In this document: piece after piece, positions 48,270-60,485 of the stretch | Layout of the letters: every line of letters begins with the position of its first letter | How positions within the stretch are numbered: the first letter of the stretch is position 1 | Source: Callorhinchus milii | Taxonomy: Eukaryota | Length of the DNA: 64,000 nucleotides | Direction: 5' to 3' | Assembly (NCBI RefSeq): GCF_018977255.1 | Contig: NW_024704742.1 | Location: 40,612,001 to 40,676,000 of the forward strand | Translations under genes and position numbers: made by a program | Notes under the pieces: model-generated | Seen by the model: the letters and a program-made list of their open reading frames with translations, nothing else | Told to the model about the DNA's origin: nothing | The model's database searches: none

Positions 48270-48945
48270 ATAATATTTACATTTGGTAAAGCAATTTTCT
48301 CGTCAGGCGAACATCCCAAAGCTTTTCACCGGATGTGTGCAATATATGAGTGTGTTTTGTGGGCAAAAGCATCAGTTTACGCTATGTAATATCCCACAAA
48401 CAGCCACAAAATGAGTGACCAATTCTTTAGAGTGTTATTGGCCAGGACACTGGGAGAAACTCCCCTCTCTTTTCAAGTGCTGCATCCACGCAATTTGACA
48501 GATGGAACCTTGGTTTAACATCTCACCAGCAGGACAGCACCTCAGACAATGAAGACAACAACAGTTTGCATTTATATAGCAACCCTCATGCAGGGGGTAG
48601 CGTCCCAGAGCGCTTGACAGTCGCAAAGCACAATGCAGGCTGCGGGGAGGAGGAGGTGACTATAAGCACGGTCGAATAGGAAGGTCTTTAGGCACGACCT
48701 GAAGATGGGGAAGGAAGAGGCAAGGTGGAGGGTTAGAGGAAGAGTGTGGCTGAAAGCGCAGCCCCCAATGGTGAAACAGAGGGCACGATGGACCTGCAGA
48801 AGACCGGAGCCAGTCGAGCGGAGGCAGTGGGTTGCGGGTTGGCAGGTCAGCGAGGTAGGGAAGTACCAGAGCATGAAGGGATTTTAAAATGAGTGTGAGG
48901 ATCTCGAAATCAAGCCCATCGTTGATTAGAAAATGCAGTGCCTCC
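48270..48945 (-). mobile_element. Deu SINE remnant followed by an L2 3' end (48560-48945)
   Basis: ttggccaggacactgggagaaactccc; caacagtttgcatttatatagc; DFEILTLILKSLH on the minus strand. Confidence 0.78.
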
Positions 48946-49419
48946 CCAGCATTCTGTCGTAGTGCCAGCCTAGGGTAAGGGCTCAAAGTAATGATCCGTC
49001 TGCACTTGCACAATTTGTTGCTGTGACTCGCGTTAGAGTAGAGCAGCTCGGTTAACATTTGTGCCCTTTAAGGGTTTGGGATCTACTTTTAATTCATATC
49101 CAGCTGGAAATGATGTTTGGAAATGCATCAGATTAGTAAAATGATGTTCTTTGCTGTAGTTTGTCCACGCTTTGCTGCTGCTGCAGTGTGAAGGATTCCA
49201 TGTTGACCTGTATTGCTGGACGGTAACCACTTGGTGGCACTCTATAACTGTGAGTCACTTTCTGCTCTCAGCGACAAGCGGCTGAAGTCACTGCAGCCGT
49301 AAGACACAGTGGAGTCTTTAAACATACACATGATGTTGCCATCCAGTGGTTGGAAATAATTATAGCAACATATTTTGCTGGATGAAAGGAATAAAAGAGT
49401 GGGGATAAAAAGCAAAGGT

Positions 49420-49745
49420 GAACAGCTCCAATGCAATACTGGGGGAGCGCTGCATGGTCAGAAGTGCTATCCTTTGGCTGAGACATTAGAACCAACGTCT
49501 CCTGTTTGGTCTGTCAGGTGGACGTTAAAGATCCCACGCGACTATTCAAAAATAGAAGGGAGTTTCTACCGGTATCCTGGCCAACAATCCCCAAATAAAA
49601 TTAGCTTCATGGCTGTTTGTGGTACATTGCTGGACACAAATTGGCTGAATACATAGCCACTACAGTAAAAATCCTGATTTTAAAAAAAAGCACTATGAGA
49701 TGTCTTGATGAGATAACATATATCAAATGTCAGGATTATTATTAC
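49420..49745 (+). mobile_element. Deu-domain SINE
   Basis: caggtggacgttaaagatcccacg...tcctggccaacaatccc...ggattattatta. Confidence 0.8.
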
Positions 49746-50273
49746 ACTAAAACGCCAACAAGCCAGACTAATGGTGGGGATTGGGGGTTGGAGTGGAGAT
49801 CCGGTCAGGCAAGCCAACATTCCCGGCCAAGTATAACTACAGTATTGGCATTTACTGTCTGTTTTTCAACGCTAGCTTTTTTCAGCGCCAAGAAATCCTA
49901 TAAAAACAACAACTTGCTTTTATAAGACGCCCCTCACGCAGGGCAGCATCCCAGAGCATTTTTAATTATTTGAATCCTGTAAGCAGCAGATAATGAATAA
50001 GTTATAAGTCAATATCCCTGGTCACTGAAGGCCAGCAAGCACGGTAAGGCGTCTGCTCGGATAGTGGGCCGCTGGGAGTCTGCACATGTATATTTTTTCC
50101 ATTCCAAGCCCGGTCCAGTAGGTATGAATTCAGGACACCTGGAGTCCAGTAAGCCGGGGGTTTACTGTCCGTGCCACAGCCTTAACCTCCATTAGGACTT
50201 TGCTATAATCGCAGAGAAACTGGAAAGACGTCATTAACAAAAGTTAACAAAAACACAAATTGTACTTTTACAG

Positions 50274-50414
50274 AACAACAAGAAGGATGTGCGATGTGGA
50301 ACAGGAGAAAGACCGCACATTGCTGAAGAACATTGTGAAAGTTTGGAAAGACATCAAGTCACTCAGAGAGTTTCAGACGTTTACCAACACACCATTGAAA
50401 TTGCACCTTAGAAG
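50274..50414 (+). CDS. CC2D2A: CC2D2A exon ...[38 protein letters not shown] (coiled coil)
   Basis: ttttacag| ... ag|gtgagg; phase 2 to 2. Confidence 0.95.
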
Positions 50415-50429
50415 GTGAGGTTCTGATTC

Positions 50430-51035
50430 ATTGATTGTCGTCCCTACTTGTCCCTCGCACCCTCCGCTCCACCATTGGAGTCGCTTTCAGCCACTATACG
50501 CCAAAACTGTAGAACACTCTTCCTCAATCCCTATGCTTTGCCCTTTTGTCCCCCTATTCAAGTCCTGCCTGAAAACCTTACTTTTCAGCTGTGCTTACGG
50601 TCACCTGCCTCCCCTCCGCAACTCGGAGTCAGGCTCCGCCACTGTTAAGCGCTCTGAGACGTTAGCCTGCGTGCAGGGCGCTATATAATAATAATAATAA
50701 TCCTTGCATTTGATATAGCGCTTTTCACGTCAGGAGGACGTCCCAAAGCGCTTCACAGAACACACTGTAAAGTGAATTGACTGTATATTTGTGGGTGAAC
50801 GCGGCAGCCACTTGCGCACAGCAATGTCCCACAAACAGTCGTAGATTGAAAAATGACCAATTTATTATTGGGTTTTTTTGGTTTTGGAGGGATTATTATT
50901 AGGCGTGTGGAGTAAGGAAACTTGCCCAAGGGTTCGCCCTGTCTGGAATTGAACTCAGGTCTCTCGCTTGCAAAACGAGTGCTCTAACCACTAAGCTGCA
51001 GGACTCCACATATAAGTGCAAGTTGATGTTGTTTT
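50430..51035 (+). mobile_element. L2 3' end whose tail is split by a young SINE
   Basis: gggcgctata|SINE|atataagtgcaagttgatgttg. Confidence 0.8.
50685..51009 (-). mobile_element. tRNA-Ala SINE, young short subfamily, full length
   Basis: Near-identical to 30410-30728 and 61486-61804. Confidence 0.92.
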
Positions 51036-51068
51036 CTGCACTAGTTTGAGCTGTGTTTATTCAGCTTC

Positions 51069-51390
51069 ATAATAATAATAGTAATCCTTGCATTTGATAT
51101 AAAATAATAATCTGATATTCGATAAACCAACTTATCACATCGTTGAGACGTGTCAAACCACTTCACAGATTATATTGTAAAGTGAATTGATTATTATTGT
51201 GGGCAAAATGTGGCAGCCAGTTGTGCACAGCAGTGTCCATAAATGGTCATGGACTTTGTGACCACATTTCTTTGACGGATCATTACCGCCAGATACCATT
51301 CTGACAATTGTCTAACAACCGGGTTGCTACTTGCTGCTAGGTAAACAGAGGTGTATGGAGTAAGGAAACTTGCCTAAGGTTTTACCTGGT
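51069..51390 (-). mobile_element. tRNA SINE, long subfamily, 5'-truncated
   Basis: ctgctaggtaaacagagg...taaggaaacttgcc. Confidence 0.8.
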
Positions 51391-51524
51391 TTGAAACTGT
51401 CTTACAGCAGACTGACTGTGACCCAATGTCATGAGGTTCATGTTCTTGGGAAAACTGAACTCTTTATTTATTCAAAGTAAAGCAGTCACAATGAATTAAC
51501 TATATGCTGTTAACTCTCCACGTT

Positions 51525-52235
51525 AGGACTTTGAACTCACTGTCCAGGCTGACACTCCAATACAGTGTTCTGATACAATCTATTCATCTTTCAGATGAGA
51601 CATTAAACTGAGGTCCCATCTGCTTGTGCCGGTGGATGCTAAAGTTCCCATGGTGCTATAGAAAACGAGAAGAGAGTTTCTCCCCGTGTCCTGGCTAAAA
51701 ATCCCCCAAATAAAATTTGCTTCATGGCTGTTTATGATGCATTGCTGTGCACAAATTGGCTGCTGTGTTCACCTACAAAATGCCCAGGCACTATATTTTA
51801 CAGTAAAAATCCTATAAAAAGCACTAAGAGATGACTTAACAACATGATAAGACGCTATATCAAATGCAAGGATTATTGTTACACTAAAACCCCAGCTAGC
51901 CAGACCCTTGGGGGACAGAGGGGAGATTTGTCCAATGAGACATTAAACTAAACTGAGTTCACATCTGCTTGTGCAGGTGGACGTTGAAGTTCCCACGGCG
52001 CTATTGAAAAAGAGAAAGGAGTTTCTCCTGGGGTTTTGGCCAAAAATCCCCCAGTTTAAAATTGGTCATTCTCTTCATGGCTGTTTGTAATATATCACTG
52101 TGTGCAAATTGGCTGCCGTGTTTGCCGACAAAATACAGTCACTACAGTTTACAGTATAATCAGTGACACTCTTTGAGCTGTCTTCCAAATATGAAAGGCG
52201 TAATAATAATCCTACATCAAACGGTAGGATTATTA
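51525..52235 (+). mobile_element. Two tandem Deu-domain SINEs
   Basis: atgagacattaaact...catctgcttgtgc.ggtgga.g.t.aagttccca.gg occurs twice. Confidence 0.8.
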
Positions 52236-52649
52236 TCTATTATCATTATTACTCATTACCTATTGATTATCACTAAACATTCAGTGTTGGATCCCTCTTT
52301 TTATTCCTCGTGAGTGGCATTTGCCAATATCGGCTTTGTAGAGCAGTATCATCTGTCACTACATTAGATATAAAATGGAACCAAGCCACGCTCTATTAAC
52401 TCCACACCCTCTATTAATTCCACATTGTGACTAATTTCAAGCAATAATCTCTCTGGGTTCAGAGGACAGTTACATTTCTCAAGCTTTGTTTTTACAGTTT
52501 CCAAGACCACCAGACCTTCCTAATGAGACTGCAATTCCATAATCATTGCCAGATAGTTATCCTTGCCTATTTAAGTATGTTTAACTTGTTTTGAAAAGAA
52601 AAAACATTATATTTGCATTCAAGTACAATTTTCCATTATTATTATCACC

Positions 52650-53117
52650 TACAAGGCCATTCACGGCCTTGCTCCCTCCTACCTCTCCAACCTACTATCC
52701 CCCTACCTACCTGCCCGTACCCTCCGTTCCTCTGGCTCCGGTCTGCTCCACGTCCCCCGCCCCAACCGCCCTACCATCGGTGGTCGGGCCTTCAGCCTCT
52801 CAGCCCCCAGGCTCTGGAACTCCATCCCCCAGTGCCTTCGCCTTGCTTCCTCCCTTTCCTCCTTCAAGGCCGGTCTCAAAACCTTTCTCTTTGACTGTGC
52901 CTTCAGCTCCCCTCTCGACTCTCTTCCTCCTCCTCGCTCCCTCCCTTCCCTCCCCTCACCCTGACCATTTCCCCCCTCCTCTCTCCCTCCCTTCCCTCCC
53001 CTCACCCTGACCATTCCCCCCTGCTCGGGTCATGACCCAACTGTGCAGCGCCTTGGGACGTCCTCCTGACGTGAAAGGCGCTCTATAAATGGAATCTTGT
53101 TGTTGTTGTTGTTGTTG
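52650..53117 (+). mobile_element. L2 3' end with (GTT)n tail and an internal C-rich duplication (about 52935-53015)
   Basis: tacaaggccattcacggccttgctccctcctacctctcc...gacgtgaaaggcgctctataaatggaatct(tgt)n. Confidence 0.9.
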
Positions 53118-53180
53118 TATTGTAGTATTAGAAAGCAAAACAAAGGGCTCACATCCTGGTGTCATCTCTGAGGATTTAAT

Positions 53181-53680
53181 TAAGAACATAAGAACATAAG
53201 AAATAGGAGCAGGAGTAGCCCATTCGGCCCCTCGAGCCTGCCCCGCCATTTAATAAGGTCACGGCTGATCTTCTAACCTAATTCCATTTACCCGCCCTAT
53301 CCCTGTATCCCTTAATCCCTTTAGTTTTTAAAAATCTATTGATCTCAGTCTTGAATATGTTCAGTGACTGAGCTTCCACAGCCTTCTGAGGTAGAGAATT
53401 CCATAAATTCACTACCCTCTGAGTGAAGAAATGTTTTCTAAACTCAGTTCTAAAAGGCTGATCTTTAATCCTGACACTATGATCCCTAATTTTAGATTCT
53501 CCAACCAGAAGAAGCAATCTCACAATATCTATCCTGTCAAGACCCTTAAGAATCTTATAGGTTTCTATAAGATCACCTCTAATTCTTCAATATTCTACAG
53601 AATATAGGCCTAGTCTACTCAACCTTTCCTTGTAGGTCAATCCCCTCATCCCAGGAACCAACCTAGTGAACCTACCTCTA
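53181..53680 (-). mobile_element. CR1 LINE 3' end, relatively young
   Basis: (taagaac)n tail; ORF2 C-terminus RKHFFTQRVVNLWNSLPQKAVEAQSLNIFK. Confidence 0.93.
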
Positions 53681-54330
53681 AGACGAGTGTCATTTGTCAC
53701 TTTGATGTTTCTGTGCTGTGGGTGGCACGGAAACCCGATTGGAGGTATTTATGACCGGTGTGGCGAGAGAGGAAGGAACGAAGCTGGGAAGCAACGACTT
53801 GTTCCAGGACCTTGGAGAGGAAAGTGAGGTTGGAGATGGGCCTGTAGTTTGAGAGCAGGAATGAGTCTGGGGTGGGTTTTTTAAGGGTAGGAGTAATGAC
53901 GGCTGTTTTTAAAGGGGTGGGAACGGTACCAGTGGACAGGGAGAGGTTTATGATGTCTGTAAGTACAGGAGCAAGAAGGTGGAGCTGGGAGATAAGGAGA
54001 GGGGTAGGGATGGGGTCGAAGGGGAAGGTGGCCGGTTTCATGTGGGTTATAGTGGTGGTGAGAGAGGATGGGAGACAGGTTTGAAGGTGTGGAGGGAGGG
54101 ATAGGTAGGGGCCAGGATGAGAGGGAGATGGTAGTAGATGGAAGGGCAGAGGCAGCTGAGTGGATCCCCTCGACTTTGGATTTGAGGAAGTTCAGTATCG
54201 CCTCGCAATTAGCATTGGAGGTGAGGATGGGCGAGGTGTGAGAGGTTGAGCAGAGGAGCCGGTTGGTGATGGAGAAGAGGAGCCTGGGGTTGTCCTTAGC
54301 CTCCAAGATTGTCTTGGAGTAGAACAACGA
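53680..54330 (-). mobile_element. L2 ORF2 fragment (start of RT)
   Basis: DPIPT...IINLSLSTGTVP...NYRPISNLTFLSKVLE...QSGFRATHSTET. Confidence 0.92.
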
Positions 54331-54446
54331 TTCAACGGAGGCAAGGGCTAATTTAAACTAATTTAATTTAATTCCGTCACTGCAGTATGTGGAGAACATA
54401 GAAGTTTAATCTTTCTGCTCTGCCATTTGTTTTCTTTCTAATAAAG

Positions 54447-54603
54447 AGAAGAGGTTGACCGGAAAGCCGATGAAACAGCTTATGAATCTGAAATCCAGGC
54501 TGAGATAGCAGAACTATTGGAAGAGTATCAAGAAGACTATGAGAAGAAGCTGAAAGAATATAGGGCTAAGTACGAGGAGTGGAAGGCCTGGAGAAAAGCA
54601 AAA
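54447..54603 (+). CDS. CC2D2A: CC2D2A exon [20 protein letters not shown]...WKAWRKAK
   Basis: taaag| ... aaa|gtaagt; phase 2 to 0. Confidence 0.94.
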
Positions 54604-55140
54604 GTAAGTAACATAATTGACTCCAGTTAAGCACATGGATATATATAGGATATCAATCAGTGAGTTACCAAATTTTCCAATATTAGATGAGGAATATCAT
54701 CAATGCACTGGGCAAAATTGTACGTGGACAATACTGTTAGAGCAGACAGAACGAAAACCACGTTCAACCTCCACTGGAATTTCCATTTGTTTCTCTTTCC
54801 TCATTACCAAAGGGCTAGCAGGCTTGTGGTAAAATTGGGACACAGTAAGTCATGCAGGAAGATTCACCAATTACCAAGCTGAGCTTTGATTATTTTTCCC
54901 CCATTGACCTTCATCCTGTATCCACCAGACACTTGAATATCTTTTAGGCCAAAAGGAGCAGCTTCTACCTACTGCCAATCCTGATTGAAATGTTTATCAC
55001 CAAATCAAAATCAATATCCATGATAATGCCAATGCAGATCATGTTTCTCTGTATTCTCTGATATTCTCAGACTCCTATACAGAAACTTGCCCATTTGCTT
55101 CCATGTACTGTGATACAGTATGTTCATGTTTCCGTGACAG

Positions 55141-55379
55141 AGAGCAAAGAAGAAAAAGAAGAAAAGTGTTGGTGAGCAGCAGGACGGCGCCGATGATGAG
55201 GATGTAGTTGTTGGTGAAGACGTCCCAAAGCCTGATCCTCCAGAGCAAGTGGATATTCAGGCAGTGGAGCAGCAAATCCGAGAAAAAGCAACCATGATTC
55301 GCCGTAAACCTGGAGAACCAATCTTGATCCCAGAACTTACAGTGGCTGCCACAGTCACAACCACCAGCCAGTGTCCAAG
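55141..55379 (+). CDS. CC2D2A: CC2D2A exon RAKKKKKKS...RRKPGEPILIPEL...QCP
   Basis: tgacag| ... ag|gtaatt; phase 0 to 2. Confidence 0.94.
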
Positions 55380-55399
55380 GTAATTCATTATTTGGGGAG

Positions 55400-55535
55400 C
55401 ACAAGTTTGCAGGGCTATGGGGAGAGAGCGAGGGAATGGGATGGATTAGGATAGCTCTTTTAAAAGAGTGAGCACAGACGCAATGGGCCGAGTGGCCTCC
55501 TTCTGTGCTTATAATTCTGTACGATTCTATGATAA
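55400..55535 (+). mobile_element. CR1 3' tail
   Basis: gcagggctatggggagagagc...atgggccgagtggcctccttctgtgc...gattctatga. Confidence 0.8.
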
Positions 55536-56347
55536 TGGCAGTATCGCTAGTTAGGAGGTACAAAAGAATGACAGCGATTGGGTAAAACTACCTCAGCCTT
55601 AATATTGTTCTAGGCCACCAGAATTTGCTGGCATGCAAACCTCAGATCAATTTTAAGATTATTGATTTAAAAGTCCAAGGTAAAGTATTTATAAAGAAAT
55701 CTCAGTAATGATCTGGTGCCACTGTACACTGGGACTCTAACATTCTGCAGAAAGCAGTTGGAACGCATTGATTGAGCACTTTGGTTTGGTGAACCTTACT
55801 GCCTTCGTAAGGCCATGTGGTGAAGATGGCAAAAGGAAACAAATCAAATGCCAATTCAATCCACCGCATGCTTCCATAATCCCAATGGTTGGGTTATGCA
55901 GTGCAATACAATTTACATTTATATAACACCTTTCAATTAGGAGGCCATCTCAACAAGAACAGCTTGCATTTATATAGCATGGGGCAGTGACTCAGAGCGC
56001 TCAAAGCATTTCAGAGTGCTGAATGGGCTTTTGACCTGGATGGGAGCTCAGTATGGAGGAGAAAGATGACCAAAAGTGCAGTTAAAGAGTTAACCGTTTG
56101 GTGGCGTTGCAAGACACTCAGGAGTAAATTACCCTCTGTGTTTTATAGTTCAGGAATGTGGTTTGGCAAGATGTATCCAAGGAGATGGGTAGTACGTGAA
56201 AAGTCCGATTTGCTTTTAATTCGGATTAGAATTTTAGTTTTTGTTTGGACCACACCATTGTGTGTCTTCTGTAAATACCGTATGTAGTTTGTGAAAACCT
56301 ATTGTAGTTGTGCGAAAGACAACACCAAATGTTTGCTTCCTTCTCAG

Positions 56348-56525
56348 AGGAGAGCAGCTGAGAAGACGAGATGTGCAGAAACGCTCCATCTACTCCAGAG
56401 TTCTGTTTAACAACAAAGAGGTGTCCAGGACCAGTAGCCGGACATTACCTGCAGACTTTAGGATTCATTTTGGACAAATTTTCAATGTTCAAATAGTCAA
56501 CTGGCCAGAATGTATAGCGATTCAG
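56348..56525 (+). CDS. CC2D2A: CC2D2A exon ...[11 protein letters not shown]...[19 protein letters not shown] (N-terminal C2 domain)
   Basis: tctcag| ... cag|gtattt; phase 2 to 0. Confidence 0.96.
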
Positions 56526-57164
56526 GTATTTCTTCAGCAATAATAATAATAAATCCTTGCCTTCTTCAAGGTCCGTCTCAAGAATTTCCTCTTCAATCGT
56601 GCTTTTAGACACCCTCTACCTTTGCACACAGTAATAATATCCCACTGCCATGAAGTGAATGATCAATTTGATTTGAGGGAACGTTGGCTGAGATTTTTAA
56701 TTTGTTCTATACTCTATTCCTGAATATTCCTCTGTTGCCAAAGATGCCTTATTTTGGCTGAGATGTAATCCCGAGATCCTGTCTGCCTTTTCAGATGGAC
56801 ATTAAAGATCCCACAGAACTATTCAAATTCCAGATAAAATTGGCCTTTTGCAGGATATTGCTTCATGCAAATTGACTGTTGTGTTTGGCTACAACAGTTG
56901 CTGACCATTGTTTGATTTGGAGGAAAGATGTTTTTAGGGTGTACGCAGCATAATTTTCAATGTGTTTCAAGAACCTGTGAAATTAGAAAATCACGATTTA
57001 GATGGGAAAATTTTCTTGGAATAATATCTTCAAATTGCTTCTATCCTCTTTCCACTCAAATCACAATACCATCTTTGCTGACTCTCAAAACTATAGCCCA
57101 TCGATAACCTATGTCTAGAGTTTTAAAGAAAGATCTCTTCAAAATGTAGATATCCTTTTATTCT

Positions 57165-57592
57165 GTGGAGTCCTGTAGCATGTTAGTTAAGCACTCGCTT
57201 TGCAAGCGAAAGGACTTGGGTTCGATTCCTGGGTGGGGCAAAACCTTAGGCAAGTTTCAGCACCTGGGGACGTCCTCCCGACGTGAAAGGCACTATACAA
57301 ATGTAATTTAGGTGTTGACAGGCAAGTTTCCTTATTCCACACGCCTCTGCCAATTTAGCTGTAAATAGGAACCCGGATGTTAGTCGATTGGAGGATCACC
57401 TTTGAAGGATAATAATCACTTTAAAATAAATAATTTGGTCACTTAATCTACTACTGTTAGTGGGACTCTGCTGTGCATAATTGGCTGCGTACAAAATGTA
57501 CAGTCAATTCACTTTACAGTATATTCTGTGAGGCACTTTGAGACATCTCAATGACCTGATAAGGCAGTATATCAAATGAAAGTATTACTATA
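57165..57592 (+). mobile_element. tRNA SINE, long subfamily, carrying a 61-bp insert at 57259-57319
   Basis: gtggagtcctgtagc head, GGTTCGATTCC B box; aggcaagtttc duplicated around the insert. Confidence 0.88.
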
Positions 57593-58111
57593 AGAATCTT
57601 TGCATATCACAATACTAATACTGCAGTCACATCACATTCATTTTAAGTAAACTTTAATAGATTTTAATAGATTTTAGTTTTAAGATTTACATGCTGTCCC
57701 ATGGCCTTTTATGTTTTCAGCCTGCATCACAGCTCTTTATTAATATAAATTTTGAATTGCCCTGTCAACAACAAAATTACATTTGTATAGTGCCTTTCAC
57801 GTCGGGAGGACGTCCCCAAGCGCTGAAAATGTCGGAACTAGTTAGCAAATCTTTGTATATCTCTAGGTGAGCTTATGTGGAGCTCTGCATCATTTGCACT
57901 GAGCCCACAGAGAGAGCAGTTTGCCCACTTACATTTTTCTCCTGGTCTGATACCACGTTGATGCCTTTACATGTCCACATACACATTTTGTGTTGGGTCG
58001 TGCTTACCAGTAGATTGTATCAATTGTTCCGCTGGTGGTCGTTGAGGGTTCAGCTGATATGCAACATCATGGAAGTGAAAGTGCAATACATTCTTCTCTT
58101 TTCATGGCTAG

Positions 58112-58265
58112 ATATTCGAAATAGTGGGAAACAACAGCACGCAGCTTTCTGAAGTGTTCATCCCCATCCCGGAGACAAACGTCCTCACAGGAGGTGCTCC
58201 TACCGATGAAATTGAGTTTAGCAACAATCAGCGAGTGTCATTTGACCACGAGGGAGTTGGAAGCG
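58112..58265 (+). CDS. CC2D2A: CC2D2A exon IFEIVG...EVFIPIPET...DHEGVGS
   Basis: ggctag| ... g|gtaggt; phase 0 to 1. Confidence 0.94.
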
Positions 58266-58579
58266 GTAGGTTCTGGGTGCACTGCTTTAATACCCTCAAT
58301 ATTTGGATGTTCGGTAATGTATATAAACTCTTTACGTTTCACTTTCATGGCTTATGGCATTTTCTGACCCTCAGAATTTAATGACTGCTTTCTCATTGCT
58401 CCCTGTTATCCATTACACCAGATGTTCTCTTTAAAGTTTTATCAAGCTGTTGGAATAATTAGATCAGAGCTGAACTTCTATTTCTCGGGTATGGTAGTGT
58501 GGTGTGTTGGTGCACTTCTTATTGAAGCACTTCCAGTCTGTTTTCAGATAAATGGATTCACACTTTGTTTTTCTTGCAG

Positions 58580-58727
58580 ACGTGCCATTCTCATTTGAAG
58601 CTGATGGAAGTAATAAACTGATCCTGTTGACCTCGGGCAAGTTATCTTGTAGCGTCTCCTGGGGAGTGCGAGAGGATGGTATACCACTCGTGCCTCCCAT
58701 GTCTCAACAAAGCCATGGGGTTCAAAG
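58580..58727 (+). CDS. CC2D2A: CC2D2A exon [11 protein letters not shown]...[12 protein letters not shown]...GIPLVPP
   Basis: ttgcag| ... ag|gtaact; phase 1 to 2. Confidence 0.95.
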
Positions 58728-59143
58728 GTAACTTGTGTCATTTCAAAGATGTGCGGTTTGTAATTTCTAGGCCATTGGCAAATCTATACACAAACTCTAT
58801 AGGTTACTCTTATGTGTTGAACATTAACCCATAAAATGTGTGCATTTTTTTTTCCTTGTTCTGGACAATTGAATACTAATTGTAGGCTAATGAAGCTTTC
58901 ATAAATCTGTGCCTTGGGACACTCTTCCGATATGAAAGGTGCTATATAAATGTAATTTGTTGCTGTTGTTTGCTACAATTAGTCTTTCGACTACAGACAA
59001 GCTATATTTAAGTCAAACTGTCATCAGGCTGACCTCGCTTGTTCGTGAATTTTCTGTGTGGCTTGCATTGTCTCTTGCCATTTTAAAAATGCATTTTGCA
59101 GTTAAGACCTTCTGTAACCGATTCATTTTTAAAAATATTTTAG

Positions 59144-59282
59144 TGCATTAAAACACATTGATGCCATAGCATCTATTGGAGCATCTGGATTGACGGACAT
59201 GAAAAAGCTGGCAAAATGGGCAGCAGAATCCAGGCTTGACCCAAATGACCCCAGCAATGCAGCTATCATGCAGTTAATAAGT
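59144..59282 (+). CDS. CC2D2A: CC2D2A exon [12 protein letters not shown]...[19 protein letters not shown]...LIS
   Basis: ttttag| ... agt|gtaagt; LDPNDP motif. Confidence 0.96.
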
Positions 59283-60281
59283 GTAAGTTTGGTTTATTGT
59301 ATTGAGAAAAAATGTGTAATGCAGTTTCTCCCTGACTGTGACAATTCATAGACTCCAGGGAAATAAATTGCAACCCTAATTGTTAAGAAATGTTAGAATC
59401 TCAGTTTAACAGCTCTGACATTGCAGTGCACACCTAGACTGCTGGTAAAATCACAGGAAGCCAAACTGGCCAAGTTCTAGGTCATCAGTTGACTGCAACA
59501 TCACTTGCTGCTTTGTACGTCCCAAATATAATGACCCAAACATTCCAGAATGAAAGTCTAGCAGCATGCGGGAAGCGAGCAAGCCAGCTAGGTGCATGCA
59601 TAGTGAATTGGATCCACCCAGCGACTACATTACATTGCAACCAAACAAGCACCACAAAGAAGCGCATTGTACTGGGGCTGCACTGCACTATAGATTGTCT
59701 CAGTGTCCCCAGTCCAGTGATCGGAAAGAAATGAGCCGGGGTCCTCTCCTGAACTTTTGTTAAAATTAGATAGAGCTGAAGGACACTGTTAAGCGCTCTG
59801 AGATGCTACCCTGCGTGGAGAGCGTTATATAAGTGCAAGTTGTTGTTATTCACTATTTCCCACTGAGAAAAATAATTGGATAGTAATAATCTGAGATTAA
59901 ATGAGTTTTATATCACTGTATTTATTTTGTATAGTTGCTAATTGAGACAATAGTGAACCATTCCTTCTAGCGTACCCATCCAACTCACCAAAATATTCCT
60001 TTGATACATTTATCTCATCATCCAATAACTGCAAACCTTTTTGAAACTTTTATAGTTTCTTGTTGTACCATCTATGCTCTCTGTATCTCTGTAATCTTTA
60101 TTGCAGTCTTCTTGTTTAAAAAAGGATGAAGATTTCTGTCATGCTATTCTCATTGTTTTCCTTTTTCGAGATAAATATCTTTTTGTTTAAAGATATTATT
60201 GAGTTTGATTTATGCAGGTTTCAGGGCAATCAATCAAGCAATTTTAAGTCTATTCCTACATGTTCCCTTGGTTTGCTGTAG

Positions 60282-60485
60282 GTTGCAACCAGTGGGGAGG
60301 TTCAGGCTGATGGCTTTTTCAGACTTGAGCAGCTGCAGGAAGAATTCAACTTCATCTCAGACGAAGAAATGAATAGATCCAAGAGGTTCCGGCTGTTGCA
60401 TCTCCGGAGTCAAGAGTTGCCTGAGTTCCGAAATTACAAACAAGTGCCTGTTTTGGATCGTGAGATCTCGGAAAAAGTTTTCCAG
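60282..60485 (+). CDS. CC2D2A: CC2D2A exon VATSGE...[13 protein letters not shown]...[11 protein letters not shown]...EKVFQ (last exon in window; the gene continues)
   Basis: ctgtag| ... cag|gtaaga; 204 nt. Confidence 0.96.

Noticed and set aside
52591..53014. Pro/Ser-rich 139-aa ORF and Gly/Arg-rich antisense ORF
   Set aside because: Alternative frames of a C-rich L2 3' end.
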